Assembly (NCBI GenBank): GCA_951406725.2
Contig: OX597829.1
Span: 38,192,001 to 38,256,000 of the forward strand
Source of the DNA: Octopus vulgaris
Lineage: Eukaryota
DNA: 64,000 bases
Direction: 5' to 3'
This document shows positions 40,326 to 53,909 of this stretch, piece by piece. Within the stretch, counting starts at the first letter, position 1. Each line of letters opens with the position of its first letter. A program made the position numbers and the translations under genes. The notes under the pieces are model-generated. The model searched no databases and had not been told where the DNA came from. It saw only the letters and a program-made list of their open reading frames with translations.

Positions 40326-40700
40326 TGTAAACAGTAAAAAATAAATACAGACATGGACAAGAACATGAAACACCAAAGAGACGACACAAGAACCACAGGA
40401 CGGGACATTCGAAGCCCTCAGTCATCAGTCAAGTACCAGATCATCTTCGCAATTTCGGCTGATTAATCTTGAGATTGCTCCGATCTGGGCAGCCCCCCAA
40501 AGGAAAATCTAAGCCAAGCGCATTAGATCCCTTGGAAGAAAGCTTCGAATGTATACAACACGAGGACGGAAAACGAACGGAGTACATGAACAAAAATACA
40601 GAATACGTGACACCAATAAGAATACAAAAACGTAAAAACAATAACGGTAAAGATAAAAAACAAAACAAAACCAGGACGTAGGACAAGGGTCTTTAGACAG
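40326..40700 (-). mobile_element. Non-coding element with GAAA-first hammerhead-like core (different subfamily)
   Basis: Minus TCAG-CC-GAAA-24 nt-CTGATGA-CTGA followed by a T-rich tail into microsatellite. Confidence 0.55.
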
Positions 40701-40706
40701 GACGAG

Positions 40707-40818
40707 ATCTTTGTAAATTCGTTGGAAAACAATAGCACTTGATATAAACTAATTGTTATGTAATACAATATGTCCCAGCAAATGGTGAACGAATGAGCAT
40801 TAAAAAAAATATAAAAAT

Positions 40819-40896
<78 letters not shown>

Positions 40897-40958
40897 GTCT
40901 GTCTGTCTGTCTGTCTATCTGTCTGTCTGTCTGTCTGCCTGCCTGCCTGCCTGCCTGC

Positions 40959-41030
<72 letters not shown>

Positions 41031-41158
41031 ATATCTATCTATATATCTTTGTAAATTCGTTGGAAAACAATAGCACTTGATATAAACTAATTGTTATGTA
41101 ATACAATATGTCCCAGCAAATGGTGAACGAATGAGCATTAAAAAAAATATAAAAAATT
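40707..41158 (+). repeat. About 110-bp direct duplication (40707-40820 and 41046-41158)
   Basis: ATCTTTGTAAATTCGTTGGAAAAC...GAGCATTAAAAAAAATATAAAAA present twice. Confidence 0.92.
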
Positions 41159-41373
41159 TTTTGCAAACATCCATTTCCTTATCAGAAAGCAAAGCAGGAC
41201 GAACCAATTAAGCTGAAATACATTCGATGAACTCCGAAGACAGTCATACAGCGTTGCGTGATTAACTTTACTCTTAGAATGAAATAATCAATGATATACA
41301 ATTACCGATGCATCCTAAACTACAATTAAAGGGATAATTTTTCTACTAATGAAAAATTGTATGTGTATCACAT

Positions 41374-41414
<41 letters not shown>

Positions 41415-41461
41415 CAGGTACAAACACACATACACACACAGATTTCCTTTCGTTTTTTCTT

Positions 41462-41862
41462 TCAGCTTCAAGAAGACGAAGGTACTTCTCCAACCTGCAC
41501 CCCGAGAGGAATACCGCCCACCCAAAATCACTCTCTGCGGTACCGAACTGAAATCAACTCAGCTGTTTACATACCCGAACTGCATCATCTCATTCGATGC
41601 AAGGATCGACAAAGAAATTGAAAATAGACTCTCTAAGGCAAATAGCTCCTTTGGCAGATAGTACAAACGTGTTTGGCACAATAATAACCTGAAGAACAAA
41701 ACAAAGATCAGTGTCTACAGGGCCGTGGTTCTCACCACTCTTCTGTACGGCTCAGAGACCTGGGTCACTTACCGCAGTCACATCCGGCTCCTCGAGCGCT
41801 TCCACCAACAATGTCTCCGCACCATCCTCAACATTCACTGGAGTGACTTCGTCACAAACATC
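41462..41862 (+). mobile_element. RTE/BovB LINE RT-thumb fragment
   Basis: KKTKVLLQPAP..IDKEIENRLSKANSSFGR*YKRVW..TKISVYRAVVLTTLLYGSETW..LERFHQQCLRTILNIHW. Confidence 0.9.
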
Positions 41863-42285
41863 TGACGTAATGCTTATTTACATTGTCAGTTTATTTTAAA
41901 TATTTATTAAATTTTAAAATGTTAATTATTAAGAATTAGAAAAAAATCATTTTCTGTTTCTATTTCTTTGGTTCCTTAAAACAAATCCTTTGTTTTAGAG
42001 AACATTGAAAATGTTATGTTTATGCAATTATGTTTCCCCCAAGAGTATCCATAACTAAACGAATAAATAAATTCAACGTTTATCTTTCACCCTTTACCTG
42101 TTTCAGCCATTTGATTGCGGCTATGCTGGGGCACCGCATACATATATATATATATATAAATCAGTAAATGGTGGGGACACCCATTTTTATTAAAATTTAC
42201 TTTCAGTTTAGCATCTGCTTTATGATTTTTCCTTTCCTATATATATATGTACACACTCATGTACACATATGTATATTTACACAGC

Positions 42286-42369
<84 letters not shown>

Positions 42370-42911
42370 CACACATACACATACATTAATATATAATCAC
42401 CCGTGGTGTGCTAACAGTATAAAAAATATCTAAGAGTTGTCTGTTAAACAAGCAAAGAATATAAATACAAATGGCCTGTTTATCTCTCTGATCATCGGTG
42501 TTAAATGTTACAAATAATTAGTAATCGACAAGAATATTGCATACGTTGGTGAGATGACTTCACAATGTAAGGTAGTTAGAAGTGTTTGCATTCACTAAAA
42601 CCATACACCACAGTGTTTTCACAGTGCCAGTGCTGGTAGGTACCAATATTTTAGATATTAAACTGGACGCTTGAAGAAACCCACAACTTGAAAATTCTCA
42701 TTAGGAGGATACAAGCAGTTACTGGTAACTTCCGTATCGACAGTGACACTGACAGAATATATGCTAAATGGAAGTTTGGGGTAGAAACGTAAGAGCAATA
42801 CAGATAGACTTTGAGTGTAGCATCATGCGACCTAAGCAACCACAACTGTATCCACAAACACATACAAGAGAAAATACACGTGCACGCACGCGCACACACA
42901 CACACACACAC

Positions 42912-42968
<57 letters not shown>

Positions 42969-42973
42969 CATAT

Positions 42974-43326
42974 TACTCTTTTACTCTTTTATTTGTTTCA
43001 GTCATTTGACTGCGGCCATGCTGGAGCACCGCCTTTCGTCGACTTATTCTTTGTAAGCCTAGTACTTATTCTATCGGTCTCTTTTGCCAAACCGCTAAGA
43101 TACGGGGACATCAACACACCAGCATCGGTTGTCAAGCGATGTTGGGAGGACATATAGATATACACGACAGGCTTCTTTCAGTTTCCGTCTACCAAATCCA
43201 CTCACAAGGCTTTGGTCGGATCGAGGCTAAAGTAGAAGACACTTGCCCAAGGTGCCACGCAGTGGGACTGAACCCGGAACCATGTGGTTGGCAAGCAAGC
43301 TACTTAGCACACAGCCACTCCTGCGC
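42974..43326 (-). mobile_element. SINE family A
   Basis: Same head and tail as the 1838 copy. Confidence 0.9.
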
Positions 43327-44451
43327 TGAATATATATATATATGCATGAATATAGAATATGTAAGGAGTATTCGCCAACTGACTTAAAGTAAAAGGTGTG
43401 TAGAATGAGAGCTCTGGTTGGTTTATCAATAAAACTCCAGTTTCAGCTGCAGCGGAAGGTGTGATGCTGGGACTGCCTACCAGAAGCGGCAAGAGGTGTT
43501 TTTTTTTCCTTGAGCAGATAGATATAAATTAAAATAAAAAGGAAAAGGCAAACCATTTGCAATCTGTGTTAATCTATACTCTCTATCTAAATTAAATGTC
43601 TTTCCAAGTAGTGCCAAACAGTTTGCCTTCCCATTTTTACTTTAATCGTTATGTGTGTTTGTCTGTGCATGCGTATGTGTGTGTGCGCGCGAACGTATAT
43701 ATATATTTATAATAAGATTAGCTCGTATACGAGTGGGTATATATTTGTAAAAAATGAAGTTTGAGAATGCTGCTATATTAATTTTTTTAAACAAAAAGTA
43801 TAAAAAGAATGATAACTATAATATAATAAGTAAAAACACTACGTACGTTTCATGGCTATAATTGAATTCGAATTACAATTAAGTTTATATACATAATGAA
43901 AAATGCATTATGTACTACAGAACATACAGGTAGGACAGAAACCAGAACCCTAATGCCTTATCAGTTATCAACCGAAAAATATTAAAACCTAGTTTCATGC
44001 TTTTAACGGTAAGATTGGGAACTTGTATATCGGCGGCACGCGCAATATTTGCGGAGTATTAGAGGTCGAGCAACACAAAATAATACAGGGTGGACATACG
44101 AAAGTAAACTGCAGTAATTTAAAACGATAGACAAAGACAATAGAATAAATAAATAAATAAATGGCGGTGCCCCAGCATGGCCACAGCTCATGAGCTGAAA
44201 CTAGAATCAATCAATCAATCATATCCTTTCTCTCCGTTCTTTGCCTCTCCTTCAGTTGTTCTCTCTCTCTCTTTCTGTACACATATTTATCTTCCTAACT
44301 TTAAGCCGAATTACCGTTCTAACCACCTAATCATTGAAACTTTCCCATCAATTTCCTCATATTTTGAAACGCTTTAACTGAGGAAGGTTTATATAACAGA
44401 TGCAGTTCATCTCTATATATATAAACGGCAATATATATATATATATATATA

Positions 44452-44701
44452 TGGAAGCGCAATGGCCCAGTGGTTAGGGCAGCGGTTTCGATTCCCAGAC
44501 CGGGCGTTGTGAGTGTTTATTGAGCGAAAACGCCTAAGAGGTCCACGAGGCTCTTTCACCACTCTTTCTCCTACTCTTTCTTCTGTTGGCCTGCTCGCTT
44601 AGCCAGCGGGGTGGCGTCATTCGAAGGCTAAAACAATGCGAACGCATTGTAACCAGTGATGTGTAACTACATCTGATGGACTGGTCGGTCACGTGATCAC
44701 G

Positions 44702-44704
<3 letters not shown>
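44452..44704 (+). mobile_element. SINE family C (tail 1, internal deletions) in (TA)n
   Basis: GCGCAATGGCCCAGTGGTTAGGGCAGCGG..GGTCGGTCACGTGA. Confidence 0.88.
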
Positions 44705-45020
<316 letters not shown>

Positions 45021-45110
45021 GGTGTGTGTGGGTGTGTGTGTGCGTGTGCGTGTGAGTATGTATTATGTATGCATGTATATATACGAAGTGTATATATGGT
45101 GTAGGCATAC

Positions 45111-45480
45111 TCTCTATATATAAACAGCAAAATGATTGTCTGTCTGTGTGTGTGTCCTTTATACAAATCCGCAATTTTTCAGTTAGAGGGCTCGCACTTT
45201 CTATGGTCATTCAAAACCGTCCAAGGGTAGTCGTGCACATCTTTACATTTCCCCAGTCACCCCGCAAAGCCATTAAAACATCAATAGAAGTGACTTTTTT
45301 GTGAATTTTCTATCCAAAACCCAATCAAAATGCCCGTAACTTGATATGCCAATTGAATGCCAGCTAACTGTATGTGATTGGTCGGAGATTTGGACAGTAC
45401 TCGCGTGTATGTGCGCACGCACGCAGTTGTATATGCATGCACTAGCACTATGACCCGGCGTTGCTGGGTCATAGTGCTAG
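45111..45480 (+). mobile_element. Non-autonomous Helitron
   Basis: 5' TCTCTATATATAAA, 3' hairpin GACCCGGC-GTT-GCTGGGTC and terminal CTAG followed by T; a second 5' end A|TCTCTATATATATAAACGGCAA at 44410. Confidence 0.8.
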
Positions 45481-45898
45481 TATTATATATTACGCACACT
45501 TGAGACGTAAATATGAAATGATTTCAAATTTCATTATTTGCTTTGACTTCATTATTACAACTAATACAACTCGATGTCTGCACATCCCAGCCGGTCTTGA
45601 CTCCGGTTAAGTGATACTCTGACAAAGAATTGGAGTAATTTGTTATATTTGACTCAAGTCGAAATATCTGGTACCGCTTCTCAGCGTAGTACATTCACAT
45701 ACACATATGGGTTGAAACACATTGTTATATTTGGGGATGTTTTCGTGTGTTTATTAGCAAAGGGACCATCCTCAAATATAACACTATATGACAATATATA
45801 TATATATTCCCAATCTTATCGTTAAATGCATGAAACTAGGTTTTAATATTCTTCGGTCGATAGCTGATAAAGTATTAGGGTTCTGATTTCTGTCCTAC

Positions 45899-45964
<66 letters not shown>

Positions 45965-45966
<2 letters not shown>

Positions 45967-46421
45967 CAAAGTTGAGTTGTGGGGTATCGCACGAGTGGAA
46001 TTATATACGAAAGAAGGTTTGAAAATGCAATTTAAAAGATGTTTATTTACTTAACCGGTTTCACTCTTTGGAAAAAAGATTGTCAAAAGTAACATATGGA
46101 AGTTTGGTTGCGTTAATTATTGGTTGTTGCAAATTGCCACATTACATGTATATTACCCTGAGATGTATAATATATTTGTTTTAATCTTTTCTGCCCATTT
46201 TTTTTCAAATATTCTCATCATACTGTTGTACTTTTTTATGTCCTTAACATGTCCCTGTTACCAAAGACTGTATATATACATGTAATGTGGCAATTTGCAA
46301 CAACCAATAATTAACGCAACCAAACTTCCATATGTTACTTTTGACAATCTTTTTCCAAAGAGTGAAACGGGTTAAGTAAATAAACATCTTTTAAATTGTA
46401 TTTTCAAACCTTCTTTCGTAT
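45965..46421. repeat. Fold-back element (about 150-bp arms) with U3:A8 hammerhead variant on each arm
   Basis: TTACTT-TTGACAA-TCTTT..AAAGA-GT-GAAA-C(C/G)GG-TT-AAGTAA at 46335-46379(+) and 46047-46092(-); flanked by (TA)n. Confidence 0.88.
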
Positions 46422-46522
46422 ATATATATATATGTATATATATGTATATATATATGTATGTATATATATATATATATCTATATATATATATATGTATGTA
46501 TATATATATGTATATATATATG

Positions 46523-46556
<34 letters not shown>

Positions 46557-46974
46557 GGTGTGTGTGCGTGTGTGTATGTATTATGTATGCATGTATATAT
46601 ACGAAGTGTACATATGGTATAGAGGAAATGGCCAAAGTCAGCTCGGTATATGAAGTTGGGGTATTTCCAGAGAAGCACTCAATCTGAATACTGGGCTATC
46701 AACACTGTCGAGATCCAAGCCATGGCTGGAATGCTTCTGGTGTTGAAAATCCAGGTTTCACGAGGATTATACCGTCATGGGATTTGGCGAAGAGGAAAAT
46801 AATACAAAGAAAAGAAGACAAAAGAAAATTCTTTAACATATCATTAATTATAAGTCACACATGTTTCCTATATATATATATATGCATGTGTGTATGTATG
46901 TATGTATGTATGTATGTATGTATGTATGTATGTATGTATGTATGTATGTATGTATGTATGTATGTATGTATGTA

Positions 46975-47133
46975 TGTATCTCTTTCGCTTGGGCATTATC
47001 TCATGGTGTTTGGTGTGCTTTCTTTTTTTTCATGCTGGTTCTACGAGACTCTGTTACTTTTGGTACCGGTACATCGAATATTTCACAGAATACTTTCATG
47101 GGAATTTCCTCCTTATCTTGAGTATGTCTCTTC
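46975..47133 (+). repeat. About 155-bp repeat with inverted copy at about 50866-51025
   Basis: TCTTTCGCTTGGGCATTATCTCATGGTGTTTGG..CTTTTGGTACCGGTACAT..; both copies abut (ATGT)n. Confidence 0.9.
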
Positions 47134-48689
47134 CTTCTCTCTCTTCAGGTACACATACTACTTCACACCACTTCCAATTTTTTCTCACTTCCTTATTAAC
47201 AATAATGGCCTTAAACTGCCACATTTCTGTTAATGCTTACTCCCCGAAGATGAACAAATTTCCGAAACGTTAGACTTCTATTCTGCACGATATAAAACAT
47301 ATATCCACTGTTTGTCAATGCAGAGTACCTCCTAGTTTCCTCGGAATTTACTGTTTTATTATACAAACATTGGGTTAACTATAAAGACGTTGGATGTCGA
47401 CGAAGAAATCGAAAGCAATATCGTTAATGGAAAGACAAGAAAAGTAACAACAACAACACCAGCAGCAGCAGCAGGAAGAAGAAGAAGAAGAAGAAGAAGA
47501 AGAAGAAGAAGAAGAACAACAATAACAACAACAACAATAACAACAACAACAACAACAGCAACAACTATAATAACAACAACGCTACTGAAGAGATATGCCA
47601 TGTCCTTTTGATGCAAATAATTGTTCAACCTTGTTTTTCCTGTCCTTTTTTCTCTCATGATCTTGCTCTTGTCGTTTTCGTTGGCGCCGGTGATGTCGTC
47701 GTCGTTGTTGTTGTTGTTGTTGCTGCTGCTGTTGTTGTTGTTGTTGTTGTTGTTGTTCTTCTTCTTCTTCTTCTTCTTCTTCTTCTTCTTCTTCTTCTTC
47801 TTCTTCTTCTTCTTCTTCTTCTTCTTCTGTTTTCTAACTTCGTCCCTTTCTTCTGTCCTCTGTCTTCGTTCTTCTCAACCAACTTTCAGAAGAGTGTCAT
47901 AATGTCATTCTTATATGTTTTCTTCCATCTTGCCCAAAATTTGGTCACGAACTATAAAAAGGAAGAGAAATGACAAAAAAAAAAAAAAGAAGAGATTTTA
48001 GAAATGAAAGAAGTTAAATAGGTAAGAAATAAAAGATACAAAAAGAAAAAACGATAGATAGGGATAGTAATACATGGGAAGGTAAGTAAGGAGAAGGAAA
48101 GAAAAGGAGGATAAAAAAAGAAACGAGAAAGGAAAAGGGAATATAGTGGCAGGAAAGAGGAAGGAAAAAGAAAGTTTCGTAAAGATTTGGATATATGATC
48201 CAAGAATCCATTTATCTTGTCTCTTAACAATATGTCAATGAATGGCAGCAATAATGGATGTACAGAACAGGAGATGGAAAAATTGCATAGAAAGATGAAA
48301 GGATGGACGGAAGACAGGCAGGCGGGCAGGAAGGGAGGAAGGAACGAACGAAGGAACGAACGAACGAACGAAAGGAAGGAAGGAAAAGATGTAGGGAGGA
48401 AAAGTGAAAAGGTGAGGAAAGGTAAAAGGCAGTAAGAGTGTGGAAGGATGGTGAAATGAGGAAAGGTTGAACTGATGGAAGGAAGGAAGGGAGAAAGGTA
48501 GGGAAGAAGGATACGAAGTAGAAAAACAAAACATAAAACGATGGAAGGACAGAAGAAAGGAAGGAAAGAAAAATAAAAGCAGAAGTATGGGAAGGAAATT
48601 TCCTTTGGGGGAGCAAACCAACATTTTTTTACAAACAAGTTCTATTTTTTTTTTTTCAATCGTAATATTAATACAGACACAGGTATGAC

Positions 48690-48905
48690 ATTGGTTTCAA
48701 ATTTTGGCATAAGGCTTGACATTTTGGGAAAGGAGACGTGTCGATCACATCAACCCCAGTGCGTAACTGATACTTATTTCATCAACCCAGAAAGGATGAA
48801 AATCAAAATCAACCACGGCGGAACTTGAACTCAGAACGTAAAGACGGGCGAAATGCCGGTTAGTATTTTGCCCGGAGTGCTAACGATTCTGTTGTTTCAC
48901 CGCCT
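48690..48905 (-). mobile_element. Older SINE-B subfamily copy
   Basis: Diverged head and Meta-like core. Confidence 0.8.
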
Positions 48906-48974
48906 TAAAAACATATGTATAATAATGATTATTATTGTCATATTTGTACAATCAAATCAGAAAGATTCAATAAT

Positions 48975-49361
48975 CTTTTCTACTCTAGGCACAGGGGCTG
49001 ACATTTTTGGAGAGGTGAGGCCAGTCGATTACATCGACCCCTGTACTTGACTGGTACTTAATTTATCGACCCCGAAAGGATGAAAGGCAAAGTCGACCTC
49101 GGCGGAATTTGAACTCAGAACGTAAAGACAGACGAAATACCGATTTCTTTACTACCCACAAGGGGCTAAACACAGAGGGAACAAACAATGACCGACAAAT
49201 GGATTAAGTTGATTATATCGACCCCAGTGCGTAACTGGTATTTATTTAATCGACCTCGAAAGGATGACAGGCAAAGTCGACCTCGGCGGAATTTGAACTC
49301 AGAACGTAACGGCAGACGAAATACGGCTAAGCATTTCGCCCAGCGTGCTAACATTTCTGCC
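48975..49361 (-). mobile_element. Composite dimeric SINE-B with 10-bp target-site duplication
   Basis: ATTCAATAAT at 48965-48974 and 49362-49371; same junction and terminal tail as the 38893 trimer. Confidence 0.85.
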
Positions 49362-49382
49362 ATTCAATAATGGAAAAGTAAT

Positions 49383-49800
49383 ACTCTTTACTCTTTTACT
49401 CTTTTACTTGTTTCAGTCATTTGACTGCGGCCATGCTGGAGCACCGCCTTTAGTCGAGCAAATCGACCCCGGGACTTATTCTTTGTAAGCCCAGTACTTA
49501 TTCTATCGGTCTCTATTGCCGAACCGTTAAGTGACAGGGACATAAACACACCAGCATCAGTTGTCAAGCAATGCTAGGGGGACAAACACATACACACAAA
49601 CACACACACATACACATATATATATATATATATATACGACAGGCTTCTTTCAGTTTCCGTCTACCAAATCCACTCACAAGGCATTGGTCGGCCCGGGGCT
49701 ATAGCAGAAGACACTTGCCCAAGATGCCACGCAGTGGGACTGAATCCAGAACCATGTGGTTGGTTAGCAAGCTACTTACCACACAGCCACTCCTGCGCCT
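49383..49800 (-). mobile_element. SINE family A full length
   Basis: AGGCGCAGGAGTGGCTGTGTGG head; (AAAAGAGT)n tail. Confidence 0.92.
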
Positions 49801-50424
49801 ATGTTTCAAATTAGTTAAAAAATCTTTCTACGTTCGTTCATTTTGGCGATGGAGAGTCTCAGGTTGACGGTCAAACGTATTTTCTTTGTCCCCACTAAAA
49901 ATTTTAAGGTGTGCGCCTGCACCCTCTGTATACCCTGTTTCTCGGTCTGTAAACAGAAGGACGGAAAAAAGAATGCACCCCAATTAAAAAACAAACAAAC
50001 AAACAAACAGAAAGTGTGTATTGAAGGAACGAAAGAGGGAATGTTAAGAGGAAAGAAAGAGGAGCGGAATGAGGATAAGAGGAGAGCAGGATGGAAGAAT
50101 GAAGGAGAAAAAAGAGGATTGATGGGTATACAGAAGAGAAGAACGAAATAAAGAAGGAAATAAAGAAAAAAAGGGAAAGGAGAAATGAAAAAAGAAGAAA
50201 AAACTAGGAGGGAAGGAAAGAAAGAAAGAAAGAAATGACGGCGGAAGAACGATTTAAAAGAAGGAAAGCGATGGTCCTACGTTTTGCATGGAATTAATTC
50301 TGGCAAAGGTAGTGTTGATAGTGGGGATTATTAAGATGGTTATGGTGGTTATGTTGGTGCTGGTGATGATAGTTGTGGTGGTGGTGGTGGTGGTGATTGT
50401 GGTGGTTCTCTGGGTATGAATTCA

Positions 50425-50800
50425 AGAACTTTTGAAAAAAGGCTTGCAATAAAGCATTTTTTCACTCCACCCTACAACCCGTAGTCAAACAGGCAGGTAG
50501 AGAGATTTGTGGGCATCTTTAAGAAAGCATTAAGAAAAGCGTGGAATTAATTAAGTAACGACAAAGCACTGACAAATTTCGTAAGAATATACAGAGTGAC
50601 CCCCCAATCCAAATACAAATTCAGCGAAGTCTCCCACAGAATTGATGTTCGCAAGAGAAATAAAATCCGTTTTCGATAAGCTATTTCAAGTGAAAAAAGA
50701 TGTAAAGGAAATACGAAAGAGCAAACGTAATACGTGGAGATAGGTGACAAAGTGCATTTCAAAGCTAATAGAAACGGCAAAGAAGGCTGATACCAGAAAA
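50425..50800 (+). mobile_element. Gypsy-type integrase remnant
   Basis: IKHFFTPPYNP*SNRQVERFVGIFKKALRK..FVRIYRVTPN (compare PYHPQSNGQAER..YR.TP). Confidence 0.75.
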
Positions 50801-51062
50801 TTGAAAGTATGATGTAATCAAATTAAAGGGTCACACGTGAACATAAGAGACATATAAACCAGATATGGAAGAGGCATACTCAAGATCAGGAGGAAATATT
50901 TATGGACGTATCCTGTGAAATATTCAATGTACCGGTACCAAAAGTAATAGTCTCGTAGAACCAGCATGAAAAAAAAAAGAAAGCAGACCAAACACCATGA
51001 GATAATGCCCAAGCGAAAGAGATACTAACATACATACATACATACATACATACATACATACA

Positions 51063-51093
<31 letters not shown>

Positions 51094-51095
51094 CA

Positions 51096-51191
<96 letters not shown>

Positions 51192-51240
51192 AATATTTGT
51201 TGTGCAAGATTTTTTATGTGAAGTCGTGTGTTGAAACAGA

Positions 51241-51373
51241 TATTGTTATATTTCGGAATGGTCATATTGCCAGTTTAGCCAATAAAAACACACGCACTAT
51301 ATATTTGGTGTTATTTTGCTTCAGTGCGTGTGTTTTTATTGGCTAAACTGGCAATATGACCATTCCGAAATAT

Positions 51374-51380
<7 letters not shown>
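51241..51380. repeat. Fold-back palindrome (about 58-bp arms) between (TA)n tracts
   Basis: TATTGTTATATTTCGGAATGGTCATATTGCCAGTTTAGCCAATAAAAACACACGCACT and its exact reverse complement. Confidence 0.92.
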
Positions 51381-51421
<41 letters not shown>

Positions 51422-52142
51422 CCATACAGACACACGTCTTTGTGTGAATTGTGTGAATCTAATACAGAATAATAAGTTTGGCCACAGATTGAAAGTGAAA
51501 TGACAGAAATGAGAAATAAATAGAAAGTGTGAACGGTAAGTGGGTAGGGTGACTTGGTGTGAGATTCTGTCAAAATAACACTGTCGCTAAGTTTTCGGAA
51601 TATTCGTGTTAAGTTCTATGAAAACAAAGAATGGAGTCGAATGTAAATCATGATGATGATACGTATCATGTGGAAAGGAGAAAAAAAAATTAAAGTTTGT
51701 TTATCATTAAAAATTAACAACCAGACAGCTCACTTGCACAAGTTCAATAATTAAGGAATAATAAAAATAACAACAGCAATAATAATACTGATAATAATGA
51801 TAATAATAATAACAACAACAACGTCAATACTAATGATAGTAATGATAATGACGATCGTGATTTCTACAAAGTTAATGGCGATTCCTGTAAGTCCTTGTAA
51901 ACGAAGTATGAATGGATATAGTGTGAAAAAAAAGTCAAAAAAGTCAGTGTTAGCTGAAAACGCAGTACTCGAAAACGAGGCAGGAACGTTTATGATTGTA
52001 TCACAAGACTAAAAAAGTCTTGCCTCCAAAAACATTTAATGGAATAGAATATGAAAATAAATACTTTTAAATAACATTCTTTTCAGATTCACAGTTTTGA
52101 TTAAGAGGGAATATATGTATAGATACGACAGTCTGGATATTG

Positions 52143-52356
52143 TTTAGCACGCCGGGCGAAATGCGTAGCCGTATTTCGTCTGCCGTTACGTTCTGAGTTC
52201 AAATTCCGCCGAGGTCGACTTTGCCTTTTATCCTTTCGGGGTCGATAAATTAAGTACCTGTTACGCACTGGGGTCGATATAATCGACTTAATCTGTTTGT
52301 CTGTCCTTGTTTGTCCTCTCTGTGTTTAGCCTCTTGTGGGTAGTAAAGAAATAGGT
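52143..52356 (+). mobile_element. SINE family B (5'-truncated)
   Basis: Core and tail; TATTGTTTA at both flanks. Confidence 0.88.
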
Positions 52357-52414
52357 TATTGTTTACACTGGAAATAGCTCCAAATTATGGAGTAGCTTTA
52401 TAATGTTTTCAATT

Positions 52415-52815
52415 ATAGGTACAGGGCCCGAAGTTTTTTATGGAAGGGGATTAGTCAATTACATCCAACCCAGTGTTTAACTGGTTCCTATTTTATCGAC
52501 TCCTAAGGATGAAAGGTAAAATCGATCTTTGCTTTTCAAATCGGAAGAAATGCTGTTAAGTATTTTGTCTGACATGTTAAGGATTCTACACTGCCTCCGC
52601 CTCATAATTCTAATATAGGCATAAGGCTTCAAGTTTACGGGAAAGGGCAGTCGATTACATCGACCCTCAATATTGTTTGGTACTTATTTCACCGACCCTG
52701 GAAATGATGGAAAGCAATGTTGACTTTGGAGGCATTTGAACCTAGAAAGTAGAGCCAGAATTAATGCTACTAAACATTTTGTCCGGCACTGTGACGATTC
52801 TGCCACCTCGTCGTC
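52415..52815 (-). mobile_element. Two old SINE-B copies in tandem
   Basis: Diverged GGATGAAAGG..GTCGAC core twice. Confidence 0.7.
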
Positions 52816-53067
52816 TTGGATTGCCTTCATAATAAGGTGATACAAATATACACCTTAAAGCATTTCAGAAATGACAAAGTGACTTTTCCCCAGTACATGC
52901 TAATTCACATACTACTTCACAGAAACGGTAAATGTAATCATTGTTAGAGATTAATACAATTTCAGCAGAACCCACATAAAATTATATTTTACGCAATCAT
53001 CATTAACAAAGTAAAACAAAACACGCAACCTCTGTTCGTGGATGGTTAATGGATTGCATGTGGTGCT

Positions 53068-53410
53068 AGTTTGTTTGTTTGTTGAGCGAAGCGGTTTTCG
53101 TCCGTAGTGGGAGAAGTCCGATACGTGGTCCTTTGCTATTCGTAAGACCCGCAGAAGAGAAAGCAGATCAACCCCCGACACCGAGAGCATCGACGGATGG
53201 ATGAATGCGCATCCAGGCTCAGCGGTTGCGCAGGAAGTCGGGGACAAGAAACAGGAGGAAAGAGTGAGAGTATGTTGGGGCGAAAGAGTACAACAGGGGT
53301 CGCCGGAGCCTCGTGGAGCTTTATGTGTTTTCGCTCAATAAACACACACAACACCCGGTCTGGGAATCGAAACTGCGATCTTCCGACCGCGAGTCCGTGG
53401 CCCTAACCAG
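53068..53410 (-). mobile_element. SINE family C, tail variant 3
   Basis: Same head and body as 24850/60600; unrelated tail ..ACGAATAGCAAAGGACCACG..GCTC(AAAC)n. Confidence 0.82.
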
Positions 53411-53604
53411 CATGTGGTGCTGAAGAAGAAGCAATAAACCCTTAAGTATGCATATACAGTCATTACGTATTTTTCTATCTTCGATCGCATTGTTTACGTA
53501 GAAATGTTCGTGTACGAAACGTCGTAACTTTCACGTCTGGCTCTAGTTTCTATAGAAAATATGAAGAGATAACTTTAAAAATTGATATTTTTATCTCTCA
53601 TTTT

Positions 53605-53845
53605 TTATTTGTTTCGGTGTTCAATTGTTTCAGGCTTCGAAGGGTTCAGTCGAACAACACGAATTTATTACTTATTTTAAAGTCTAGTACTTATTCAACC
53701 GGTTCTATTTCGCCGATCCACTATGTTACAGGAACGTAAACAAACAAACAGACAACCAACGGTTGTCAAACGTTGATAGAACCATACAAAGAGATACACA
53801 CATACGTATGTACACACACAAAAAAAAAACGCGCACGCATGCACG

Positions 53846-53909
<64 letters not shown>

